DNA of 64,000 bases from Patescibacteria group bacterium (GTDB taxonomy: Bacteria > Patescibacteriota > Patescibacteriia > Patescibacteriales > UBA12465): assembly GCA_041650775.1 (NCBI GenBank), contig JBAZKO010000001.1, positions 134,008 to 198,007 on the forward strand, written 5' to 3'. How positions within the stretch are numbered: position 1 is the first letter of the stretch; each line of letters opens with the position of its first letter. This document shows positions 40,797 through 49,010 of this stretch, piece after piece. A program made the position numbers and the translations under genes. The notes under the pieces were generated by a model. It did no database searches, was not told where the DNA came from, and saw only the letters and a list, made by a program, of their open reading frames with translations.

Positions 40797-41228
40797 TTAA
40801 TTAAAAAAATAACGCCACCATTTAGCCAGATTAGTACTGGAAGCGTCGGTTGGCACAGAGCCAACTGGCGCGGGGCTTAACTCCTTATCTTCAACAACAA
40901 TTACCGCTTCGCCGGGCTTTTTCAGATTTAAATTCATTCTGGCCTGCGCTTCCAGCGATTGGTCGGACTGTAAATAAGAAATCAACTCTTTCAGGCTCTG
41001 ATTCTGATTTTCGTAATCTTTTATCTGTTCTTTCACCTCTTCGATTTCTTTCTCTACCAGGCGTCTCTGGCTGTAAGTCCGCGCCAGAGGAAAAACAATC
41101 ACCACTAAAAAAGCCAAACCGATAATAGCCAGAAAACGCTGGCTGGAAACCAGGCGATAAAAAAAATTATCAGGCCGGGTTCCGACTCCGTCCTTGATAA
41201 TCCGCGGGTTGACTTTATGTTTCAACAT
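40797..41228 (-). CDS. ftsB: septum-formation initiator-like protein (FtsB/DivIC family)
   Basis: 143 aa with a single TM helix followed by a coiled coil (EKEIEEVKEQIKDYENQNQSLKELISYLQSD). Confidence 0.7.
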   Translation of the reverse strand: MLKHKVNPRIIKDGVGTRPDNFFYRLVSSQRFLAIIGLAFLVVIVFPLARTYSQRRLVEKEIEEVKEQIKDYENQNQSLKELISYLQSDQSLEAQARMNLNLKKPGEAVIVVEDKELSPAPVGSVPTDASSTNLAKWWRYFFN

Positions 41229-41331
41229 AATTTTATTATAGCATAAAAAATCACGCCGCGAATAGGCGTGATTTTAAAAATCGAAACGATAAGCTGATAT
41301 TAAATCAACTAATATTACCGGATATTAATTA

Positions 41332-42933
41332 TTATTTTCTAACTTTAGGCGTTACCCAAAAACCCATATATTTCCCGGATAACAACCTAATCTGCGCTTC
41401 CAGACAAGGAATAGCGCCAAAAATCACGATAGTCACCGGCACGAAAACCCATTCTAAAGTCATAACAATCTTTTTCCAAAATTTATATTCCGGCGGCCGC
41501 TTGGGCAGAAGCAAGGCGGAAACGACGGCCGACAAAATCAACCCGATCATAGCGATATTCATCAAGTTCTGAGTGATGGTAGGGAGATTACCGGACAGAA
41601 CCGTGGAGTTGAAGCGATCGCCACCCAAAAGCATCGGTAGCCAGCCAATAACGGCGACAATCAAGGCGTTAGTCGCCCAGGCGTGAAAACCGTAAATTTG
41701 GATCAAGAGATAACCGATAATCCGACCCTTATCAAAATCTTTATTTTTCCAGCGCTTAGCGGAATTGAAAATCAAATACGGGATATTCTCGCCGCCCCAG
41801 GCCCAACGGCGCTGTTGCTTATATAAATTCTTGGCGGTCTTAAACAAACTCTGATCGGCGGTGACATCCATCGAAACGATGTAATAAACCGGTTCGACGC
41901 GATAATGGCCGTTGTAGAACATCAAACAATGCCAGAAAATACGAGAATCTTCCGAAACATTTTTCGTCGACCAAAAATCAATCTCCGCGAGCGCGCGGAA
42001 GCTCATGGAATGGGAAGAATAGGTGACCAAGCTCTCTTGGCGAATTTGCATGATCATCTGCCAAAAAGTGTTGGACGAAGCGACGACGCGCGAAAAGAAC
42101 GGCGCGTTCCAAATATTATTATGATAAACCGGCACGGGCTGATAGCTGGTATGGTAGGGATCGTCGACCGTTAAAAATTTATAGGTGACGGCGAAAAAAT
42201 AACCGGGTTTAACGACCGTATCAATATCGAAAACGCTCACGATAATCCGATCGTAATCCCAATTTTCTCGGTCGATTATTTCCTGTTTGACGATCCGCGC
42301 CGCCCAGGCTTGGTTAGCCCCCTTAACGCTCATCTCGCCGGGCAATCCGTCCGGATGAAGCGTTATAATCATGCGGCCGAATTTAGCGCCAAATTTTTCT
42401 TTGATAACCGCCGCCCGCGCCTCGGCTTCTTCCCGTCCACCGCGTTCTTCAATCGTCAAAGCGACAACCATCTGCGCGGTCGGGAAACCGTCGTTAAGCA
42501 AACCCGTCAAACACTCGCCGATTATTTCCGCGCTTTCCTTATAAGTCGGCAGGATGATCAAATGTTTAAAATCATTCCAAACCAAACCTTTCCTGGCTAA
42601 AGAACCAGGCGCCGCTTCCGCTTCGCTGACCGAAACTTGTTTCAATTCTTCGCATTTTTTTGACCAATCAGTCAGCAATCCCCGCTTTAATTTATAATAA
42701 GAAGTGATCAAAAAAATAGCCATGTAAATGACTAATAACAACCAATAAACGTCAAAAGCGATAATGAAGTAAGCCACCCAAACCGGCTTAAAATAAGAAA
42801 AAACCGTTAAAATCAATAAAGTCCCGATTGAAAAAAAACCAGGAAATATTTCTAATATTCGATAAATCTTTCTATCCCGACCAGTCAAATCGGTTGCCCG
42901 GCCGATCTTAAGATAATTAGTTGGCTGTTCCAT
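41332..42933 (-). CDS. membrane-embedded processive family-2 glycosyltransferase (cellulose/chitin/hyaluronan-synthase-like)
   Basis: 533 aa with N- and C-terminal TM bundles. It carries a DxD-like FDIDT, SEDSR, and the processive-synthase signature QQRRWAWG (QxxRW). Confidence 0.75.
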   Translation of the reverse strand: MEQPTNYLKIGRATDLTGRDRKIYRILEIFPGFFSIGTLLILTVFSYFKPVWVAYFIIAFDVYWLLLVIYMAIFLITSYYKLKRGLLTDWSKKCEELKQVSVSEAEAAPGSLARKGLVWNDFKHLIILPTYKESAEIIGECLTGLLNDGFPTAQMVVALTIEERGGREEAEARAAVIKEKFGAKFGRMIITLHPDGLPGEMSVKGANQAWAARIVKQEIIDRENWDYDRIIVSVFDIDTVVKPGYFFAVTYKFLTVDDPYHTSYQPVPVYHNNIWNAPFFSRVVASSNTFWQMIMQIRQESLVTYSSHSMSFRALAEIDFWSTKNVSEDSRIFWHCLMFYNGHYRVEPVYYIVSMDVTADQSLFKTAKNLYKQQRRWAWGGENIPYLIFNSAKRWKNKDFDKGRIIGYLLIQIYGFHAWATNALIVAVIGWLPMLLGGDRFNSTVLSGNLPTITQNLMNIAMIGLILSAVVSALLLPKRPPEYKFWKKIVMTLEWVFVPVTIVIFGAIPCLEAQIRLLSGKYMGFWVTPKVRK

Positions 42934-42967
42934 ATATTCAAATTACTCCTTAAATTCAAATTTAAGT

Positions 42968-43540
42968 TCAAATCGCTCCCCTTCTTTTTAGCTCAAAAAA
43001 ACATTCGGCGCAAGCTTTAACATCAAAAGAAGCATCATGCGCTTCCGGAAAATCAGTCTTAAACAAACAAGTATAAAGTTCCGTCAGATTCGGCCATTTA
43101 TACCCACCGCGGCTACTGGGAATTTTACAAAACGCCACACTGGTTTTCATGGTACAAATTTTATTGGCGGCGGCGACCGGATTGGCTAATTTTTCCCGGC
43201 ACAATTCCGCGCCGACGATTTTTTCGTCGAAATCGATATTATGGGCAACCAGAAAAGAAGCGGCGCTGACATCGCGTAGAAAATGTTCCAGAGCCGACCG
43301 CAGAGCCACGCCTTCTTTCAGAGCGCGCTCCTGCGAAATGCGATGAATTTTGGTGACTTCCGGCGGAATAACAAAACCGTCCGGACGAATAATATAATTC
43401 TGACTTTCCCAATGATTGCCCGCGGCATCATAAAGGCTCCAGGCGATTTGCACTATTCGGGGCCAATTTAAAAAATCATCAAGCGGCGCTTGATAATTCC
43501 TGGGCAACCCGGTGGTCTCCGTGTCGAAAAATAAATACAT
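42968..43540 (-). CDS. DEDDh 3'-5' exonuclease (DnaQ/epsilon-like, stand-alone)
   Basis: 190 aa with Exo I FFDTETTGL, Exo II HNIDFDEKI and Exo III HDASFDV. Confidence 0.88.
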   Translation of the reverse strand: MYLFFDTETTGLPRNYQAPLDDFLNWPRIVQIAWSLYDAAGNHWESQNYIIRPDGFVIPPEVTKIHRISQERALKEGVALRSALEHFLRDVSAASFLVAHNIDFDEKIVGAELCREKLANPVAAANKICTMKTSVAFCKIPSSRGGYKWPNLTELYTCLFKTDFPEAHDASFDVKACAECFFELKRRGAI

Positions 43541-43588
43541 AAAATAATTTCCTTTGATATTTTTTAATCTTTGTCTCCGTTCCAGTTA

Positions 43589-45403
43589 TTACTCGGTAAA
43601 AATAACGTCCTCGCCTTCATTTAAATCTTTCTCTTCGTAATCTTTTTTAAAAGCCGAATAACTTTCCGGCAAGACCGTTTTAGTTTTAATTTCCCGGCCG
43701 CGAAAATCAACCGGAGCGATATTCTTCAGGTCGCCTAAAGATAAAGAAGGAGTAATTTTAGCCGAAGCGGAGGACGCCAGCTGTTCTTGCTCCAATCTCT
43801 CCCGTTCTATCCCTTTAGCCTTTTGCCGTTTTTCCAAATCCAGCCGCTTTTCTTCTTTTTTTTTACTCAAACAATCGCGGCAATAAACCGGACGAACGCC
43901 GTCGGGTTCAAAAACAGTAGTGGTTTCCTGGCCACAGCTGGTGCAAATAGCCGCGTAACCTTTATTAACGCTTTCCGGTCGGGATGACAGCGGAACCGGA
44001 TGGACAAGCGGGGTTTTAGGGACCAAGGGTATCCCTTTCGCGGTCGCAGTTGGCGTAAGCGGACGGAATGTTTCCGCGGCCTGGCTACGCGAACCGGTTT
44101 TAACCGACCGATTCTCCACTTCTTCGCCGTAAGTTTCGTGCCAGCGCATAATCTTTTCCTCCACCGCTTCCCGATTGGAAGCGTATTTCTCCCGCGAATA
44201 AGCGATTACTTCGTCGGTATTTCCGGTTTTTTCCGCGGCGGTCAAGGGCGGCAAACCCCGCGCCGAGAAAGGCGAAGAAGCGATACCGTCAATCATTAAT
44301 TTCAGATACATTTCATATTTCGGCAGATTGACCAGATCTTCCTCCGTAAAAGTCGGGGTGAATTCTTTGACCAATTCTTCGGCATCGGCCGCTCCGACGC
44401 GGAAAACGACCATTGTGCCGACGTTACCAAAAACCGCCGGCTTAACCTTTTCACTTAGTTGTTCGATATATTGATGCGCCAAAATCAAATTTAGGCGGTA
44501 CTTCCGCGCTTCCGATAAAATATTGGCGAAACTGTCGGTCGAAAAATTTTGAAATTCGTCGATGTATAAATAAAAATCCCGGCGTTCTTTCTCCGGTACA
44601 TCGACGCGGCTCATCGCCGCCAGTTGAATCTTGGTAATCATCATCGCGCCCAAAAGAGCGGAATTATCTTCTCCAATTCGGCCTTTGGATAAATTCATGA
44701 TTAGAATCTTCCCGTTATCCATAATATCGCGAATGTCAATCGCCGATTTTACCTGGCCGATAATATTTCTCATCAAAGAACTGGATAAGAACTGACCGAC
44801 TTTGTTCTGGATAGGAGAAACCGCTTCGGACGCGAATTTATCGGCATAACCGGAAAATTCTCTTTCCCAAAAAGCTTTGACCACCGGGTCGGTAATGTTA
44901 GCCACGACTTTCTTGCGGTAGTTCTTATCGGACAGCATTCGAACGACACCGAGCAAAGTTGAGCCGGGAAAATCCAAAATCGCCAAAATCGCGTTGCGCA
45001 AAATATATTCCAGACGCGGCCCCCAGGAATCCGCCCATAATTTTTGAAAAACGCCGATTAAGCCCGAAGCTACCAGATGGCGCAAATGCGGCTCGACCTG
45101 TTCGACGACGTTGAAAGCAATCGGGAAATTGATATCGGAAGGATTAAAATAAACGACATCCTGAATCCGTTCGGCCGGGATATAATCGATAATCTTTTCC
45201 GCCAAATCGCCATGCGGGTCGACGACGGCCACGCCGTGTCCGGCAAGAATATCATCGACAATCATATTTTCCAAAATCGTCGATTTACCCATACCGGTTT
45301 TCCCAATCAAATACATATGCCGGCGGCGATCGTCAGTTTTAATGCCGAACCTCTTCGGTTCGTTACGATAAGTTGTTTCCGCGAAAACCGCAATATTCTG
45401 CAT
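43589..45403 (-). CDS. T4SS coupling-protein-like / HerA-FtsK-type P-loop ATPase with C-terminal CxxC...CxxC zinc ribbon
   Basis: 604 aa with Walker A GKTGMGKST and Walker B FYLYIDEFQNF, in a TraD/VirD4-like core. The tail contains CTSCGQETTTVFEPDGVRPVYCRDC followed by a charged coiled region. Confidence 0.7.
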   Translation of the reverse strand: MQNIAVFAETTYRNEPKRFGIKTDDRRRHMYLIGKTGMGKSTILENMIVDDILAGHGVAVVDPHGDLAEKIIDYIPAERIQDVVYFNPSDINFPIAFNVVEQVEPHLRHLVASGLIGVFQKLWADSWGPRLEYILRNAILAILDFPGSTLLGVVRMLSDKNYRKKVVANITDPVVKAFWEREFSGYADKFASEAVSPIQNKVGQFLSSSLMRNIIGQVKSAIDIRDIMDNGKILIMNLSKGRIGEDNSALLGAMMITKIQLAAMSRVDVPEKERRDFYLYIDEFQNFSTDSFANILSEARKYRLNLILAHQYIEQLSEKVKPAVFGNVGTMVVFRVGAADAEELVKEFTPTFTEEDLVNLPKYEMYLKLMIDGIASSPFSARGLPPLTAAEKTGNTDEVIAYSREKYASNREAVEEKIMRWHETYGEEVENRSVKTGSRSQAAETFRPLTPTATAKGIPLVPKTPLVHPVPLSSRPESVNKGYAAICTSCGQETTTVFEPDGVRPVYCRDCLSKKKEEKRLDLEKRQKAKGIERERLEQEQLASSASAKITPSLSLGDLKNIAPVDFRGREIKTKTVLPESYSAFKKDYEEKDLNEGEDVIFTE

Positions 45404-45406
45404 AAA

Positions 45407-46129
45407 TTAACCGCGAACCTCGCAGAGAGAGACATAATTTCTACCAATCTCCGCGAACTCCAACATTTCTTTATCCGAGTAGGCCTGTTGCGCCTGATAA
45501 TTTTTATCGACTAAATCCGTATCTGATTTAAATTTCTGTAAATACCATTTTGAGGCTCCCTTAATGATTTCCCCCATTTCCGAAAAATCTTTCTTTTCCA
45601 AGAGACCGGGAACAACCGTCGTTCGAAATTCATAAGGTAGGCCGCTAGCCATTATAATTTTAACACTTTTTCGCAGATTATTACAGTCAACCTTGACTCC
45701 GACCGCGTCTTCATATTTGGAAAACGGAGCTTTTAAATCCATGGCCAGGTAATCAAGCAAACCGGCGGCAATTAACTTCTGCAACATTTCGGGGTTAGTC
45801 CCATTGGTGTCCAGCTTGATAAGATACCCAATATCCTTAATTTCCTTAATAAAAGACGGCGAGTCGGGATGCAAGGTCGGCTCACCACCGGTAATGACTA
45901 CGCCCTCCAGACGGCCGAATCTTTCTTTTAAAAAAAGAAAAAGGTTTTCGGTAGAAATCGGAGAAAAACCTTTTTCTTTATTTTTTTTATCCCTTCCCTC
46001 GCGGGGCAGGACAAGCAGGGGGTTGTAACAAAAGTGACAACGGAAATTACACCCGCCGGTAAAGATTATAGCCGCTAGATGATCGGGGTAATCAAGAAGA
46101 GTCAGTTTCTCCAGTCCGCCGATAATCAT
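45407..46129 (-). CDS. nrdG: anaerobic ribonucleotide reductase activating radical-SAM enzyme
   Basis: 240 aa with cluster motif GGCNFRCHFCYNP and GGEPTL. It is adjacent to nrdD. Confidence 0.9.
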   Translation of the reverse strand: MIIGGLEKLTLLDYPDHLAAIIFTGGCNFRCHFCYNPLLVLPREGRDKKNKEKGFSPISTENLFLFLKERFGRLEGVVITGGEPTLHPDSPSFIKEIKDIGYLIKLDTNGTNPEMLQKLIAAGLLDYLAMDLKAPFSKYEDAVGVKVDCNNLRKSVKIIMASGLPYEFRTTVVPGLLEKKDFSEMGEIIKGASKWYLQKFKSDTDLVDKNYQAQQAYSDKEMLEFAEIGRNYVSLCEVRG

Positions 46130-46143
46130 AGGTTTAGAACAAA

Positions 46144-46281
46144 TTATTCGCTGACTTTAAAAGTCTTGCGATCTTTGTACTCGGCCGCTTTGCCGGGATT
46201 ATAGTTCTTAATCGGAGTCAGCCAACCGACGACACGGCTGTAAACAATGCACTCCTGTCTTTGGGTTTGAATCGGGCTCAT
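46144..46281 (-). CDS. 45-aa ORF carrying the class III RNR glycyl-radical C-terminal segment
   Basis: Hand translation: MSPIQTQRQECIVYSRVVGWLTPIKNYNPGKAAEYKDRKTFKVSE. It is in the same frame as nrdD, 6 sense codons after the nrdD TAA. The motifs SRVVGW and NPGK-E-R match NrdD C-termini. Confidence 0.7.
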   Translation of the reverse strand: MSPIQTQRQECIVYSRVVGWLTPIKNYNPGKAAEYKDRKTFKVSE

Positions 46282-46299
46282 ATATTCATTATTAATAAA

Positions 46300-48321
46300 T
46301 TAATTTTCTTTATAGCCGATTTCTTCATCGCATTTCGGACAATACTTGTGTTCGCCGGACAAATAACCGTGCTTAGGGCAAATCGAGAACGTCGGCGTAA
46401 TCGTAAAATAAGGCAGGCGGTAATTCTCCACGATTTTTTTCACCAACTTTTTGGCGGCATCGCCGTTAGGAAGACGTTCGCCCAGATAACCGTGTAGAAC
46501 CGTACCGCCGGTATATTTAACCTGCAAATCATCCTGCAAATCCAAGGCGGAAAAAATATCATCGGTAAAATTAACATGCAAATGAGTGGAATTGGTATAG
46601 TAAGGATTGGCGCCGGCTTTGACCGCTTCGTTGTTGGCGCAAATTATTCCCGGATAAAGCTGTTGGTCTTTCTTGGCGAAACGATAAGTACAGCCTTCGC
46701 CCGGAGTCGCTTCCAAATTATAAAGATTATTAGTTTCATTCTGGAAATCCATTAATTTTTCCCGCATAAAATCCAACATTTCGGCGGCGCAGGCATGTCC
46801 TTCGGGCGTCGAAATATCTTTACCCATCAAGTTCAAAACCGCTTCGTTCATGCCATTAATGCCGATAGTGGAAAAATGGTTTTTCCAATAACAACCGAAA
46901 CGTTGCTTCATATTCTCCAAATAGAACATTGAGTAAGGATAAAGATAATCATCAGTGAATTTTTCGATTATTTTACGCTTGATCTCCAGGCTCTCTTTGG
47001 CCAGTTCCATCAACTTCAACAGCCGTTCCTTGAACTCTTCTTTAGTCTTCGACAGATAGCCGATGCGCGCCAAGTTAAGCGTCACGACGCCCAAAGAACC
47101 GGTTAAAGGATTGGCGCCGAACAGACCGCCGCCACGCTTGCGCAATTCACGATTATCCAGTCTCAAACGACAACACATCGAGCGGGCGTCATCGCGATTC
47201 ATATCGGAATTAACGAAATTGGAAAAATAAGGGATTCCGTACTTGGCGGTCATTTCCCAAACTGGTTTCAAACATTCGCGGTTCCAATCAAAGTCCTTAT
47301 CGACATTATAAGTCGGGATTGGAAAACCGAAGACCCGGCCGGTCGAATCGCCGGCGAGCATTACTTCGGCGAAAGCTTGATTGAATATATCCATTTCCGG
47401 CTGAAAATCTTTATATTTTTCCGATTTGACTTCGCCGCCGATAATAATATTCTCTTCGCCAATCATCGGTGACGGAGTCACGTCAAGGGTGATGTTGGTA
47501 AACGGGGTTTGGAAACCGACGCGCGTCGGAACGTTAATATTAAACATAAACTCCTGCAAACCCTGTTTTACTTCCTTATAGCTTAAATTATCATAACGGA
47601 TAAAAGGCGCCAGATAGGTATCAAAATTGGCGAAGGCCTGCGCGCCGGCGGATTCACCCTGTAGGGTATAGAAAAAATTAATAATCTGACCAAGGGCACT
47701 TCGAAAATGCTTCGGGGCGTTGCTCTGAACTTTTTCGCTAACACCGCGAAATCCGCGGATTAACAAATCTTTCAAATCCCAACCGCAACAATAAGGCGCC
47801 AATAGTCCAAGATCATGAATATGAAAATCTCCTTGGACATGAGCCGCCCGGATATTTTCCGGATACATTTTATTAAGCCAGTAGCGCGCGGAAATCGCGG
47901 AAGCGATGTAGTTGTTTAGTCCCTGAACGGAAAAACTCATATTACTGTTTTCCTTCAGACGCCAATCGGCGCGACCCAAATAATCTTCCATTAGCCTATC
48001 ATCGGAAGTCGCGTTATTGATATCACGTAATTGACGATGCTGTTCGCGGTACAGGATATAAGCCTTGGCGATTTTAATGAGTTTACTTTCTATTAAAACC
48101 TCTTCCACAATATCCTGAACTTCTTCCACGGCCGGAATGCTGTTCTTATGGAATTTTTGGTTTAATTTGATAACGACCTGGTCATTAATTTTTTTAGCTA
48201 AATGACGGTCATCAACTCCTGTCGCTAAGGCCGCTTTGTAAATCGCTTTAGTAATCTTATCCTGGTTAAAATCAACGATTTCACCGGATCTTTTAATTAA
48301 TTTGCTGATAGTTTCTGACAT
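46300..48321 (-). CDS. nrdD: anaerobic ribonucleoside-triphosphate reductase (class III), main body lacking the glycyl-radical tail
   Basis: 673 aa with an N-terminal ATP-cone, a catalytic barrel (MCCRLRLD, NPYYTNS), and a C-terminal CPKH...CPKC ribbon. It ends at TAA 46300-46302. Confidence 0.92.
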   Translation of the reverse strand: MSETISKLIKRSGEIVDFNQDKITKAIYKAALATGVDDRHLAKKINDQVVIKLNQKFHKNSIPAVEEVQDIVEEVLIESKLIKIAKAYILYREQHRQLRDINNATSDDRLMEDYLGRADWRLKENSNMSFSVQGLNNYIASAISARYWLNKMYPENIRAAHVQGDFHIHDLGLLAPYCCGWDLKDLLIRGFRGVSEKVQSNAPKHFRSALGQIINFFYTLQGESAGAQAFANFDTYLAPFIRYDNLSYKEVKQGLQEFMFNINVPTRVGFQTPFTNITLDVTPSPMIGEENIIIGGEVKSEKYKDFQPEMDIFNQAFAEVMLAGDSTGRVFGFPIPTYNVDKDFDWNRECLKPVWEMTAKYGIPYFSNFVNSDMNRDDARSMCCRLRLDNRELRKRGGGLFGANPLTGSLGVVTLNLARIGYLSKTKEEFKERLLKLMELAKESLEIKRKIIEKFTDDYLYPYSMFYLENMKQRFGCYWKNHFSTIGINGMNEAVLNLMGKDISTPEGHACAAEMLDFMREKLMDFQNETNNLYNLEATPGEGCTYRFAKKDQQLYPGIICANNEAVKAGANPYYTNSTHLHVNFTDDIFSALDLQDDLQVKYTGGTVLHGYLGERLPNGDAAKKLVKKIVENYRLPYFTITPTFSICPKHGYLSGEHKYCPKCDEEIGYKEN

Positions 48322-48328
48322 ACCTGTA

Positions 48329-48787
48329 TTATTTCTTTTCGTTTATTAATTTATTTAACTCTTTTCTGAACTCATGGGCATCTTTGAAGGATTCATAAAC
48401 TGAGGCATAACGAATATAGGCGACCGGATCGACTCTTTTAAGGTTTTTCATCACTACTTGACCGATTTGTCGAGATGTAATTTCCGTCTTTTTCAGACGC
48501 TGGAGGTCGCGCTCAATGGAATGAATCAATTTTTTAAAACGATCTTCGGTAATTTGCCTTTTTTCGCAAGATTTCTTCAAACCGCTGACCAATTTATCCC
48601 GGCTATAAGATTCTCTTCGGCCATCGCGCTTGACAATAACCAAATCTAATAGCTCTATTTCTTCATAAGTGGAGAATCTAAAGCCGCATTTTAAACATTC
48701 CCGGCGGCGGCGAATAGACAAGCCGTCCGGAGCAACCCGGGAATCAACGACTTTTGTGTCTAAAAAGTAGCAAATCGGGCATTTCAT
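48329..48787 (-). CDS. nrdR: transcriptional repressor NrdR
   Basis: 152 aa with zinc ribbon MKCPICYF...CLKCGFRF followed by an ATP-cone. Confidence 0.95.
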   Translation of the reverse strand: MKCPICYFLDTKVVDSRVAPDGLSIRRRRECLKCGFRFSTYEEIELLDLVIVKRDGRRESYSRDKLVSGLKKSCEKRQITEDRFKKLIHSIERDLQRLKKTEITSRQIGQVVMKNLKRVDPVAYIRYASVYESFKDAHEFRKELNKLINEKK

Positions 48788-48802
48788 ATCTTAGGCTTAA
48801 AA

Positions 48803-48818
48803 ACCCATATTTTGTGGC
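48803..48818. promoter_or_regulatory. NrdR box 1 (promoter-distal from -10, proximal to ATG)
   Basis: On the minus strand, GCCACAAAATATGGGT resembles the NrdR-box palindrome acaCwAtATaTwGtgt. Its centre is 32 bp from box 2. Confidence 0.6.
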
Positions 48819-48834
48819 CTTTTTAAAAAATTGA

Positions 48835-48850
48835 CCACTAAATGTTGTAT
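48835..48850. promoter_or_regulatory. NrdR box 2
   Basis: On the minus strand, ATACAACATTTAGTGG (plus-strand CCACTAAATGTTGTAT) starts 9 nt downstream of the -10. Confidence 0.65.
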
Positions 48851-48858
48851 CTATATTT

Positions 48859-48887
48859 ATTTTAGCAAATTTTGATGTGCGGGTCAA
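48859..48887 (-). promoter_or_regulatory. nrd operon promoter TTGACC-17-TAAAAT
   Basis: Minus strand: -35 at 48887-48882 and -10 at 48864-48859. Confidence 0.65.
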
Positions 48888-48949
48888 TTTAGCTAATCTT
48901 TAAAAAAATATAAAAAAATTATGAAGTTATCCACAGAAATTTATATAAT

Positions 48950-48980
48950 AAAATCTGACCTTATAGGCGGTCAGATTTTA
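48950..48980 (-). terminator. intrinsic terminator after ftsZ
   Basis: AAATCTGACC-N8-GGTCAGATTT with flanking A/T runs, about 30 nt after the ftsZ stop. Confidence 0.8.
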
Positions 48981-49010
48981 TTATATTCTATATTCTATCA
49001 AATATTGTAA

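Noticed and set aside
48921-49010. 29-codon plus-strand ORF (MKLSTEIYIIKSDLIGGQILLYSIFYQIL) between the nrd promoter and ftsZ.
   Set aside because: It is made almost entirely of the ftsZ terminator hairpin and AT-rich flanks, and it has no ribosome-binding context.
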